From assembly GCA_043753995.1 (NCBI GenBank), contig JAYUVP010000317.1, positions 1-45,549 of the forward strand: DNA of 45,549 nucleotides. Direction: 5' to 3'. Origin of the DNA: Fibrobacterota bacterium. GTDB taxonomy: Bacteria; Fibrobacterota; Fibrobacteria; UBA11236. Under the pieces are notes generated by a model. It saw only the letters and a list, made by a program, of their open reading frames with translations. It had not been told where the DNA came from and ran no database searches. The translations under genes and the position numbers were made by a program. Shown here piece after piece: positions 28,738-37,699 of the stretch (the first letter of the stretch is position 1; each line of letters begins with the position of its first letter).

Positions 28738-30014
28738 CAGAACTCCACTCCGAAATGCCGGGCCACGTCGACAGCCGATCGCAATCCATCTTCGTGAAAG
28801 CCATAGCCACAATAGGCGCCGCAGAAATAAAGCTTGTTCTTCCCATTAAGCAAATCGATTTCTTTTTGCCTGCGCATGCCTTCCATGCTGAAAAGAGGAT
28901 GATCGTATTCCGCCGAATAGTGCGTCTCCGCGATGGTTCCCGAGCCAGGATTCAAGGTCACCACATATTCCTTTTCGCCAGGAATGCCCTGCAGGCGATT
29001 CATGTGATAATGCAAGCAGGGGCTGGGATTGGGAGCGGCTTCGTCGACCTCATAATTCCATGCCGCCCAGGCCTCTTTGCGTTTGGGTAAAACACGCGTG
29101 TCTGAGTGCAAGACGGCGAGATTGGGTTGATAGGCATAAAGGGAAAGCAAATCCCTTTCCTCTGGGGTCGCGTCCGCCAGCAATCGCAAGGTGATGTCGG
29201 CATGGGTGGCCAGCACGGCCTGATCGAAAACCTTTTCCTGCCCATCTTCGGTGACAACGCTGACGCCATCCTCCAAACGCCTCACACTTTTCACTCCACT
29301 TCGATATTGGATCCGATCCTGATAGGACGACGTGATTTTCTTCACATATTCGCGACTCCCTCCAGTGATGGTGCGCCATTGAAAATGGGTGGTCACGCCA
29401 AGCATTCCGTGATTGGCAAGAAAAAGCAAAAAAGAATAGAGCGGAAAGTCGAGCATTTTCGAGTCGGGGGTCGACCAAATGGCCGCGCCCATGGGCAAGA
29501 CATAATAGGTCTTGAACTTTTCTGAGTATTTCCCTTCCTGGAGAAATCGCCCCAGGGAGTAGTCCCCATGGCTGCGCGCAGCCAAGATGGCATTGCCTTC
29601 GCGGTTGAAGCGCATGATTTCCAACAGCATGCGATAAAACCAGGGCTTTAAGAAATTCCGCTTTTGAGCAAAAATCGTGCGAAAGCTGGTGCCGCAATAT
29701 TCCAGCCCGGAGATTTTCCCCTTAACCGAAAAGGACATATTGCTGTCCTGGGTGGCGACACCCAATTCTTCAAGCAACTTGCAAAAGTAGGGGTATGTGT
29801 GACGGTTATAAACAATGAATCCTGTATCCACGGGCATCTTTCTGTCGCCCTCTTCGACGTCCACGGTATTGGCATGCCCCCCGGGTCGGTCTTCTTTCTC
29901 GAAAACCGTGATGTCGGCCACCCGATTGAGGAAATAGGCCGACGCCATTCCGGAAATGCCGCTGCCGATAATGGCGACCTTGGGCCGCTTGGTTGTAAAA
30001 GAATTCGGGATCAT
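28737..30014 (-). CDS. FAD-dependent oxidoreductase, amine-oxidase family (UfaD-like)
   Basis: IIGSGISG, GGHANT, VDTGFIVYN, AWAAWNY, GAYCGYGFHEDG. Confidence 0.93.
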   Translation of the reverse strand: MIPNSFTTKRPKVAIIGSGISGMASAYFLNRVADITVFEKEDRPGGHANTVDVEEGDRKMPVDTGFIVYNRHTYPYFCKLLEELGVATQDSNMSFSVKGKISGLEYCGTSFRTIFAQKRNFLKPWFYRMLLEIMRFNREGNAILAARSHGDYSLGRFLQEGKYSEKFKTYYVLPMGAAIWSTPDSKMLDFPLYSFLLFLANHGMLGVTTHFQWRTITGGSREYVKKITSSYQDRIQYRSGVKSVRRLEDGVSVVTEDGQEKVFDQAVLATHADITLRLLADATPEERDLLSLYAYQPNLAVLHSDTRVLPKRKEAWAAWNYEVDEAAPNPSPCLHYHMNRLQGIPGEKEYVVTLNPGSGTIAETHYSAEYDHPLFSMEGMRRQKEIDLLNGKNKLYFCGAYCGYGFHEDGLRSAVDVARHFGVEF

Positions 30015-31363
30015 GCTTTTGACCCTAGATAAACGGGACCTAAAAAGTTCGCCCCACGAAAGTCGACATTATTGGGAAAGGACAATGTCAATTGCAGGAG
30101 CCCGATATTACGAGTGCGAAACGCGGCCTCGCAATAAGCCAGATAATAGTCCCAGGTGCGAATGAAAAATTCGTCAAATCCCAGTGCCTGGGCTTCGTCA
30201 TGCTTTCGCAAGAAAGTTTTTCTCCATTCCGCAAGAGTACGGGCGTAGTGCAAATCGAAATTTTCGAGATGCTGTATCATGAGGCCGCCGGAATTGCGTA
30301 TGGCCCGGCTCAATTCATAAACCGAAGGAAGCAAGCACCCGGGGAAGATATGCTTTTGTATCCAATCACAGCTCTGACGATAAGCATCGAAGCGGGAGTC
30401 GGGCATGGAAATGACTTGCATGGCCATGAGGCCATTGGGTTTCAGCACTTCTCGGCATTTGGCGAAAAAGACGTCGAAGAATTCATAACCCACGGCTTCG
30501 AACATTTCAATGGAGCAGATCTTGTCGAAGGTCCCCGTAATTTCGCGATAGTCCTGCAACCTCACATCGATGCTCGATTCAAAACCTGCCGCGAGAATGC
30601 GCTCTTCGGCCAGGTTTTTCTGCTCTTGCGACAAAGTCAGGGTGGTCACGCGACAGCCGTAATGACGCGCGGCATGCATGGCAAAACCTCCCCACCCCGA
30701 TCCGATTTCGAGTACATGGTCTCCAGCTTTGAGCTCTAGCTTGCGGCAGAGCATGTCGAATTTCCGGATTTGCGCCGACTCCAGGCTTTCTTCGTCGTCA
30801 CGAAAGACCGCGCTCGAATACGCCATGGTTTTGTCTAGAAATAAAGCATACAGGGCATTGCTCAAGTCATAGTGAAAGGAAATGTTTTGGCGACTGCCAT
30901 TCAAAGTGTTACTTCGATGCTTATGCAAGGCGATATTGTCGCTTGCTTCGCGATTCACTTCGGCTTCGCCGGGCAATGCCTGTTCCAGGGATGATCCGCT
31001 GATACCCGGCAAATAGGGGATATTGAGAATGATGATGCTGATGAAAGCCACCAAGTCATCCACTTCATAGTCACCCGCCTGATACCCTTCGCCGAGGCCG
31101 ACATCCCAATAGCGCACGATTTTCTTAAACATGTCGCCATTGCGGACCTTGATGGTGCAACGAGGAATTTGATTTGGATCCCCTAATACCCAATGGCCGG
31201 AATCGGGGCTTTCGACTTCGATGCAGCCCACTTTTATGCGGCTCATGACTTGTCGAACCACCTTTTCTGGAAATAGCAGGGCTGCTGTTTTTAAGGAAAG
31301 GCTTTGCAAGGTTTGGCTAAGGCCATTCATCCAGGCCTTGCCGCCCAGGGTAGGAGTATTCAT
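30011..31363 (-). CDS. cfa: Cyclopropane-fatty-acyl-phospholipid synthase family methyltransferase (Cfa/UfaM-like)
   Basis: Likely start ATG 31363 (GAGGA RBS); NISFHYDLSN, LEIGSGWG, SIEMFEAVG, IFPG, WDYYLAYCEAAF. Confidence 0.92.
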   Translation of the reverse strand: MNTPTLGGKAWMNGLSQTLQSLSLKTAALLFPEKVVRQVMSRIKVGCIEVESPDSGHWVLGDPNQIPRCTIKVRNGDMFKKIVRYWDVGLGEGYQAGDYEVDDLVAFISIIILNIPYLPGISGSSLEQALPGEAEVNREASDNIALHKHRSNTLNGSRQNISFHYDLSNALYALFLDKTMAYSSAVFRDDEESLESAQIRKFDMLCRKLELKAGDHVLEIGSGWGGFAMHAARHYGCRVTTLTLSQEQKNLAEERILAAGFESSIDVRLQDYREITGTFDKICSIEMFEAVGYEFFDVFFAKCREVLKPNGLMAMQVISMPDSRFDAYRQSCDWIQKHIFPGCLLPSVYELSRAIRNSGGLMIQHLENFDLHYARTLAEWRKTFLRKHDEAQALGFDEFFIRTWDYYLAYCEAAFRTRNIGLLQLTLSFPNNVDFRGANFLGPVYLGSKA

Positions 31364-31467
31364 AAAGTTTTCCTCGAACTGGATTCGAAACGTCTTCGTT
31401 GCGAATCGACTTTTGGGTGGCGCAAGGAGGAATTGAGAATCCAACCTTTGCGCTTTATCCTTTGTAT

Positions 31468-32226
31468 ATGCCAATTCCAATGACATCGCAGTATCGCATA
31501 CCCAGCCTAATCGCTTTTTCAGCCTCAATAGTCTTTTCCCAAAATTTGGACTTGACGGAAGTCGCCTATCGAGGTGATGTCTATGCAGGGAAGGACAGCA
31601 TTCCCCTTTATACGGAACGGGGCGTCGAAAAACATGACAAAGGCAAACTCATGACGGCGATCACGCGCTTTATCAATCCCCAAGGTGAGTTGATGGCGGA
31701 AAGAAGCCTCGACTTCAATCGCTTTCCATTTCAACCGGACTATTCCTTGCGCGATTATCGTCTGGGCTATGAAGAGGGGGTAGTGCAACAAGCCCAAGGC
31801 TTGCGAGTTTACTTTCGCGAGAAATCTGGAGAAAGGTTACAAGAGAAATATTTGAAAGTCCCCGATCCCTGCGTGGTCGACGCTGGCTTCAACGCTTACT
31901 TGAAGGCCCATTGGCCGCAACTGCGCCAAGGCAAGCGCGTTGGCTTTCATCTCGTGATCCCCGCTCGCCTTGATTATTTCCGCTTTGCCGCCTATATCGA
32001 CTCGGCGCGTAGCCACCGCGAAAGCCTCGCCTTGAAGCGATCGGTTTCCGCCGTGGTGATTGAGCCGGAGAGTCGTGTTTTGCGAGTTCTTTTGCCACCG
32101 CTTGTCGCCTATTATGCCGAAGACTACGGATTACGCATGGTGTATTACACCGGCATAGCCAGCCTTAACGACGACAAGGGAAAAGCCCTCAAGGTACGCA
32201 TTCGCTATCACGGAAACGGTCCATGA
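31468..32226 (+). CDS. Hypothetical exported protein divergent from the cfa operon
   Basis: Signal-like N-terminus (start 31468 or 31480); VVDAGFNAYL..HW and YTGIASLND motifs. Confidence 0.7.
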   Translation: MPIPMTSQYRIPSLIAFSASIVFSQNLDLTEVAYRGDVYAGKDSIPLYTERGVEKHDKGKLMTAITRFINPQGELMAERSLDFNRFPFQPDYSLRDYRLGYEEGVVQQAQGLRVYFREKSGERLQEKYLKVPDPCVVDAGFNAYLKAHWPQLRQGKRVGFHLVIPARLDYFRFAAYIDSARSHRESLALKRSVSAVVIEPESRVLRVLLPPLVAYYAEDYGLRMVYYTGIASLNDDKGKALKVRIRYHGNGP

Positions 32227-32783
32227 AAAACACCTCTTTTTGCAGCCGTATTGGCGCAGTCGTTTTTTCCGTATTTGCTGTCCACCTGGCGCAGGCAGGC
32301 GACACTCGTGACCATCTTGACCAAAAGCTCGGTGTCGAAGTGAATGTGCTGTGGCCCTTTCCACCCTTCAAGACTTATGAGGTCAAATTGCGCGGCAAGC
32401 TCGGCCATGGCGTCGAAGCCGTGGTGGGTTATGGCCGGCAAGCCTGGACCTATACCGGCAAACGTCACAATCAAGGCACCATCCATTCCCATGCCTTGCT
32501 GCTTGGATCGCGCGTCACACTTTTCAATACAAATGCATCCATCGAATACACCGCATGGCTTTGCAAAGACCTATTCCAACACGTGAACGGCCAAACCTAC
32601 CGCGGTTTCTCTTATGCCAATGAATTCTATCTCGGTTACGCCTATTATTTCCCGAACACCAATGCCTATATCTTGCCGCAATGGAATGCCGGTTTCTATT
32701 CCTACAAATCTTATGCGATGCCTTTAAACGACAACTATGTTTTCGACTTCCTACCCAAGGTTTCTTTGGGTCTGGAGTTTTAA
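32223..32783 (+). CDS. Small outer-membrane beta-barrel-like protein
   Basis: ATGA overlap; signal peptide ending AQA; aromatic-rich strands; terminal VSLGLEF. Confidence 0.7.
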   Translation: MKNTSFCSRIGAVVFSVFAVHLAQAGDTRDHLDQKLGVEVNVLWPFPPFKTYEVKLRGKLGHGVEAVVGYGRQAWTYTGKRHNQGTIHSHALLLGSRVTLFNTNASIEYTAWLCKDLFQHVNGQTYRGFSYANEFYLGYAYYFPNTNAYILPQWNAGFYSYKSYAMPLNDNYVFDFLPKVSLGLEF

Positions 32784-32801
32784 ACTTCGCCGGGAGTTCG
32801 T

Positions 32802-33026
32802 ATGAAAGGCATCGCCCTGATCGGAATGATTTTGGCCCTTTTGTTGGTGCTGTATTTGACTTTGGCCAATCTCAAAAGCAAACCCGCCTCGCAAATCCCT
32901 GGCGCCGAAGCGGCCGGGCTTAATGGCCAAATGACCGAGCTTCCCGGCCAAGTCAAATCCAAGCTCGAAACCATTCAAAAGCAATCCGAGGATCAATTGA
33001 AAGCGGCCGAAGAAGCGATGAAATAA
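32802..33026 (+). CDS. Small membrane-anchored hypothetical protein
   Basis: GGAG RBS; N-terminal TM helix followed by a charged helical tail. Confidence 0.7.
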   Translation: MKGIALIGMILALLLVLYLTLANLKSKPASQIPGAEAAGLNGQMTELPGQVKSKLETIQKQSEDQLKAAEEAMK

Positions 33027-33079
33027 GACAGGATTAATCCTCGTTATCACTCGACCTTGCTGGTTCTACTTTTCCTCCC

Positions 33080-34249
33080 GTGTTTCTCAGCCGCCTCACC
33101 CTGCACCGCTTTCGCAATCTTGCCGAGAGTTCGCTGGATTTCAGCCCCGGCCTCAATCTTCTGGTTGGCCGCAATGGCCAAGGCAAAACCAATCTTCTCG
33201 AAGCCGTGCATTTATTGGCCCTGGCGCATTCGCCCCGGGCCCGCAGCGAGCGCGACTGCGTGGCCTGGGGCCAAAAAACCTTTGTGCTTCGCGCCGAAGG
33301 CCAATCGCTTTCCGGTGTGGCTCATGCCCAGTCGGTCGAATATGGTGAAGAAGGTGCGCGCGTCAAGGTGCAAGGCGTGGAAAGCCGGCGCCTTTCCGCT
33401 CTCTTGGGATCTTTCGCCTTGGTCTCGTTCAGCCCAGAAGATCTCGAATTGGTGCGCGGCGGTCCCCTGGCGCGGCGACGTTTTCTGGATGTATTGCTTT
33501 GCCAAATCGAGCCCGATTATATCGATCTATTGAGGCGATATCAGGCGGCCATCAAGCAACGCAATGCCGCTTTGAAAGCCGATGGGCCATCGGCTTTGGC
33601 CGACGCTGCGAATGTGCTGGACGCTTTTGAACTCGGCATCGCCGAGGCGGGATCGCGCATCGTGCTACGTCGAGAATCCTTGCTGGCCGCATTGAAGCCC
33701 TGGGCCCAAACCGATTATGCTCAATTGTCCGGAGGCAGCGAAGCCCTGGGCTTGCGGCTCACCCGCAGCGTGGGCTCGTCTCATGAGTCGCGTGCCCAAG
33801 CCGGAGCCGAAACGGAAATCGGCCTCTCAGAAAATGCCGATCGCCTGCGCGATCAAATGCGCGAGGCCTTGCTGCGCCTTCGTACCCGCGATCGCGAAGA
33901 GGGCGGTACCTCGGTAGGACCGCATCGGGATGACATGATGATTTTTTTAGCGGGCAAAGGCGCTCGCGATTTTGGTTCCCAAGGACAAAAACGATCGGTG
34001 GCTCTCAGCTTGCGCATGGCCGCCGCCCAACTCTTGCGCGATCGCCTGGGCATGCCACCCATCCTTTTGCTGGACGACGTTTTTGCCGAACTCGACGGGG
34101 GACGCCAAACCGCTCTCGGGGAATTATTACGCGAGCGGGGGCAAGCCTTGGTGGCCACGCCGCGCCAAGGGGAAATGCCTTTCATCGCCGATGCCGTTTT
34201 CAATGTCGATGGAGGCAAGGTGATCCGCGAATCAAACCCTCGCAGCTGA
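33080..34249 (+). CDS. recF: DNA replication and repair protein RecF
   Basis: FRNL, Walker A GRNGQGKTN, RRRFLD, GPHRDD, GSQGQKR, LLLDDVFAELD; GTG start. Confidence 0.97.
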   Translation: MFLSRLTLHRFRNLAESSLDFSPGLNLLVGRNGQGKTNLLEAVHLLALAHSPRARSERDCVAWGQKTFVLRAEGQSLSGVAHAQSVEYGEEGARVKVQGVESRRLSALLGSFALVSFSPEDLELVRGGPLARRRFLDVLLCQIEPDYIDLLRRYQAAIKQRNAALKADGPSALADAANVLDAFELGIAEAGSRIVLRRESLLAALKPWAQTDYAQLSGGSEALGLRLTRSVGSSHESRAQAGAETEIGLSENADRLRDQMREALLRLRTRDREEGGTSVGPHRDDMMIFLAGKGARDFGSQGQKRSVALSLRMAAAQLLRDRLGMPPILLLDDVFAELDGGRQTALGELLRERGQALVATPRQGEMPFIADAVFNVDGGKVIRESNPRS

Positions 34250-34281
34250 AATTCGCCCCTCACTACAGTTAACTTTGGGGC

Positions 34282-34575
34282 ATGGCCCGCAAATCCCACC
34301 CCATCGGCATTCGCCAAGCCCTGCAAGGCTTGCTCGACACCGAAGGCCTCTCGCATCTCTTGGGCGAACAGGCCCTGCGCAAAGGTTGGACGGCCCTGCT
34401 GGGCACCAAGGCGGCACCGCTTTGCGAATTGATTTCCTTAAAAGACGGAATCTTGCGGGTGCGCGTGAAAGACGCCGTGTGGCGCCAGGAATTGCATTTT
34501 CAGCGCACCGCGATTCTGGCCAAGGCCAATGCCTTGCTTGGCGGATCGGTGGTTAAAGATTTCGTGGTAAGCTGA
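34282..34575 (+). CDS. DUF721 / DciA family protein
   Basis: Directly follows recF; W...G...GILRVRV..AVWRQEL pattern. Confidence 0.85.
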   Translation: MARKSHPIGIRQALQGLLDTEGLSHLLGEQALRKGWTALLGTKAAPLCELISLKDGILRVRVKDAVWRQELHFQRTAILAKANALLGGSVVKDFVVS

Positions 34576-34579
34576 GGCC

Positions 34580-35266
34580 CTAAAATCCCTGCCACATTTG
34601 CGATAGTACCTGGTTTTCTCCTATTTGAAGTTTGAAAACCAAGGGGCCCTTCAAGTCACTTCCATTTGTAATAGCAGTGACGCGATGCTCTCCCTTTTCC
34701 TTAGCACCTTGAAAAAGGGTGGCCACCCAAGTGCCAGTGGCGTCATAGGCTTTTAGCGAAACATTCTGGGCTTGGTCAAGGCGGAAGCGAATATCCAATT
34801 TTCCATTCTCGGCAAGCAAATCCAGGCCTGATTCGTGATTTGGAATCTGATTGTCCGGGGTAATGTCGGTCCCAGCTGCCGTGATGGTGAAGTTCGCGGG
34901 GCTCTCCATCGTATAGACCCCGGGCTGCACGCAATGGCCACCCGATAATTGGCAAATGCGAATGCGGCCTTGAGCCGTCACGGCATCCGTGGGGATTTTC
35001 CACAAGTAAGTATTTTTGCCGCCATCGGTTTTCGAACCTTGCCATGGGCCGGCCATTTCCAAGGGATAGGTTTTCCCCCCATCCTTCGAGAAATAAATAT
35101 CATATCGCCCATCATGCGCTTGCGTGGCCACCCATTCAATAGTCATAGTATTGTTGACCTGAAAGGATTCGGTTCCCGAAGGCTTCAGTGACCCTTCCTT
35201 TAGGTGAGCCGTGGCGGGAAGGGCTGCCATAAAAAAGGCCAGGCCGGAAAGGATTTGAGTTTTCAT
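34580..35266 (-). CDS. Secreted protein with predicted N-terminal His (His-brace candidate) and T9SS/FlgD-like C-terminal domain
   Basis: Signal peptide MKTQILSGLAFFMAALPATA then H; second His in IEWVATQAHDGRYDI; C-terminal VSLKAYDATGTWVATLF...GPLVFKL. Confidence 0.7.
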   Translation of the reverse strand: MKTQILSGLAFFMAALPATAHLKEGSLKPSGTESFQVNNTMTIEWVATQAHDGRYDIYFSKDGGKTYPLEMAGPWQGSKTDGGKNTYLWKIPTDAVTAQGRIRICQLSGGHCVQPGVYTMESPANFTITAAGTDITPDNQIPNHESGLDLLAENGKLDIRFRLDQAQNVSLKAYDATGTWVATLFQGAKEKGEHRVTAITNGSDLKGPLVFKLQIGENQVLSQMWQGF

Positions 35267-35377
35267 GGAGAGGACCTCTAGAAAATTGAGACTTAAACTC
35301 TATCGAAACCTATTATACCGACCCGATCCGGACTTCGCACCTAAAGTCGGTTATTTCCTATTCTTCGTCCCTCACTT

Positions 35378-36043
35378 ATGAAATTCTGGGTATTCCTTCA
35401 TTCCTGTATCGGCTTTGCAGCGGCCATAGCTCCCCTCCTCCTCTTCGTTTTAGGCTGCCAAGAGGATAAAGCCGCACTCACCGCCACCACGACATCAGCG
35501 CAAATGGGGCCGAATTGCGCGAGCTGTCATGCCTATCCGCCCCGCGACACGAATCACACCTATCACCTTTTCGAGGTCGAAGGATCCATCACCAATAACC
35601 GCCCCATCACCTGCCTGCATTGCCACAACAAGGCCATGCTTGGGCGCGACGTGGCCTTTGTGGATTCGATTTTTCTCGATCCCAATGGCAATGAAAGCCA
35701 TGCCGTCGATTTTCCCGGTCTATCTGAAATCCGATCGTACCCGCTGGTACGCGTCGATACCTTGGTACAAAATCGACCCGTCGCCCAACCCTATCGCCCT
35801 GGTTCCCTGCCCGAGATTGAAGAGTGGATGACCGGCCTGGCCCATATGAATGGCCTTGTCGATGTCGACTTCGACAAAACCTCTATTGACACCGCACGAT
35901 TCGGTGGGCAGACCGCCGTCTTCAATCCTAAGGAATTGACTTGTTCCGCCATGGCCTGTCACCCCGTTCCCGGCCTTTATCGCTGGGCCATGCCTTCGCG
36001 CGGTCTTCCCATACTCAAAGGCGATGCGGCTCATGTTCCCTAA
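35378..36043 (+). CDS. Multiheme c-type cytochrome lipoprotein (CxxCH/CxxxxCH type)
   Basis: Lipobox VLGC; CASCH, CLHCH, CSAMACH; extra His in HTYH and AHMNGLVDVDF. Confidence 0.85.
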   Translation: MKFWVFLHSCIGFAAAIAPLLLFVLGCQEDKAALTATTTSAQMGPNCASCHAYPPRDTNHTYHLFEVEGSITNNRPITCLHCHNKAMLGRDVAFVDSIFLDPNGNESHAVDFPGLSEIRSYPLVRVDTLVQNRPVAQPYRPGSLPEIEEWMTGLAHMNGLVDVDFDKTSIDTARFGGQTAVFNPKELTCSAMACHPVPGLYRWAMPSRGLPILKGDAAHVP

Positions 36044-36278
36044 ATCCCATCCCTTTAAATTAGGGTCCTTCTTTCGCATGAGCTTGATCCTTGGCACCGT
36101 CGGTTTTTTATTCGCGGGCTGCGCCAGAGTTCATCAGCGCGAACGCGACTTTCTTGCCGATCCCATTATGCAACGCGTCCCCGATGCCATGGAAAGCAAC
36201 TTGGAAAGCCATAACCTTCCCCGTCGCGAAGGATCGGCTGGCGGCAATTCCGGTTCAGGCGGCGGTTGCGGTTGCTGA
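36033..36278 (+). CDS. DUF4266 family small lipoprotein
   Basis: Lipobox FAGC; ERDFLADPIM...REGSAGG...GGGCGC terminus; start uncertain (36033 or 36078). Confidence 0.9.
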   Translation: MFPKSHPFKLGSFFRMSLILGTVGFLFAGCARVHQRERDFLADPIMQRVPDAMESNLESHNLPRREGSAGGNSGSGGGCGC

Positions 36279-36289
36279 TTCCGTATTGC

Positions 36290-37507
36290 ATGCGCGTCCC
36301 CGCTCAGACCTTGCAGAGAATGCTTCTCGCCCTGAAAAGGTGCGGGGTTTTCGCCCTTGTCCTCTTTTTAGTTTCGCCCTCGCTCACCAAGGCCGAAGGC
36401 GAGGATAAGCTCGATTTCAAGTACATGTATTATGCCGATAAGAACGAGGTCTGGAACCATACGCCGGCATTCAGCTTTTTCAAATCCTTTTCCCACTACT
36501 GGCGATTTCAGTGGGATCAGGAAGTCGACGCGGTATCGGGCGCCTCGCGTCGTCTAGGTTGGAGGAATGTCGGACGTCAAGGCGATCACGACTTGATTAT
36601 CGATGGCATGAGCGGAGCATCGAAAGTCGAAATCCGGCATTCCGAACAAGCTTCGCTGGGCTTTTCCGACAAAGGCCGGCAGGGCTCGGCGTCCTTTTAT
36701 TTCAGCGATGAAAGCGATTATACCTCGTATTCGCCCGCCGTCGCAGGTTCCTGGGATTTCAATGAACGCAATACCACCTTGGGCGGGGTCCTCTCATTTT
36801 TCTTCGACAACCTGCACCCTCAGGGCGCATTTGCAGGTCTGGGCGGCAATCGCCAATTGATTTCAAGCACGCTCAGCCTATCGCAAATTCTATCGCGTAG
36901 CACTTTATGGTCTATTACGGCGAATACCATTCGAAGTTCAGGCGCCCTGGGACATCCCTATAACCCCGTCATTCTTGCCGATGGAAGCATGCTCATCGAA
37001 AGCCTGCCGGAAAAGAAAGTCAGCTATGCCCTCTCCAGCCAAATCATACAGGGCTTTCAATTGAGTGAAAGGCGTGGCTCGGTACACTTCGATGCCCGCT
37101 ATTATCGCGACTCTTGGCAATTGGCTTCGCAAACCGCCGAGTTGCAGCTCTACCAATATCTTTCCGAGGAAATTTATTGTCGCCTGCGTACCCGCCTCTA
37201 TCACCAAGGCTCGGCCGCTTTCTCGAAACAAGTCTACTTGGGAAATGAAGTCTATCGCACTTCCGACATTCGCTATTTCGCTTTCTCGACGATTTCACTC
37301 GGCGCTAAATTGGCGGGATATTTCCCCGAAGGTTGGGCCGGAACCGCCCTGCTCCCTGATCGCTGGGACATCAGCTATGATCATGGGCTGCGAAATACCC
37401 GCGGAGAAGAAGGAGGGACCGAACCATTCCGGCATACTCAAACTTTTCCACGAGACGAATATTATAGGCAACATGTTTTCATGGCGGGTCTTGGCTTCGA
37501 TTTGTAG
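36290..37507 (+). CDS. DUF3570 family outer-membrane beta-barrel protein
   Basis: VDAVSGAS duplicated as IDGMSGAS, SDESDYTS, DFNERNTTL, GHPY, RYYRDSW, RLYHQG, terminal GLGFDL; start uncertain. Confidence 0.88.
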   Translation: MRVPAQTLQRMLLALKRCGVFALVLFLVSPSLTKAEGEDKLDFKYMYYADKNEVWNHTPAFSFFKSFSHYWRFQWDQEVDAVSGASRRLGWRNVGRQGDHDLIIDGMSGASKVEIRHSEQASLGFSDKGRQGSASFYFSDESDYTSYSPAVAGSWDFNERNTTLGGVLSFFFDNLHPQGAFAGLGGNRQLISSTLSLSQILSRSTLWSITANTIRSSGALGHPYNPVILADGSMLIESLPEKKVSYALSSQIIQGFQLSERRGSVHFDARYYRDSWQLASQTAELQLYQYLSEEIYCRLRTRLYHQGSAAFSKQVYLGNEVYRTSDIRYFAFSTISLGAKLAGYFPEGWAGTALLPDRWDISYDHGLRNTRGEEGGTEPFRHTQTFPRDEYYRQHVFMAGLGFDL

Positions 37508-37699
37508 TTGCGCCCCCGCAACAATTCGTTATCTTATTTCTAACCAGTAGGCGCCCATTAGCCTATCCAATTTTCCCTATTTATGCCAATAAATGGCATT
37601 ACTTCCGGATTTTACGTTATCGCTTCTAATAAATGCGTTGGCCGAGACCCCGTTTCGGAATATCCTTTGCCCATACCTAGATAGTCAGGGATATGACCC

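Noticed and set aside
36270..36330. TGA after GCGC in DUF4266 as a possible selenocysteine codon
   Set aside because: The family normally ends at this motif, I see no SECIS-like hairpin, and the next gene begins here.
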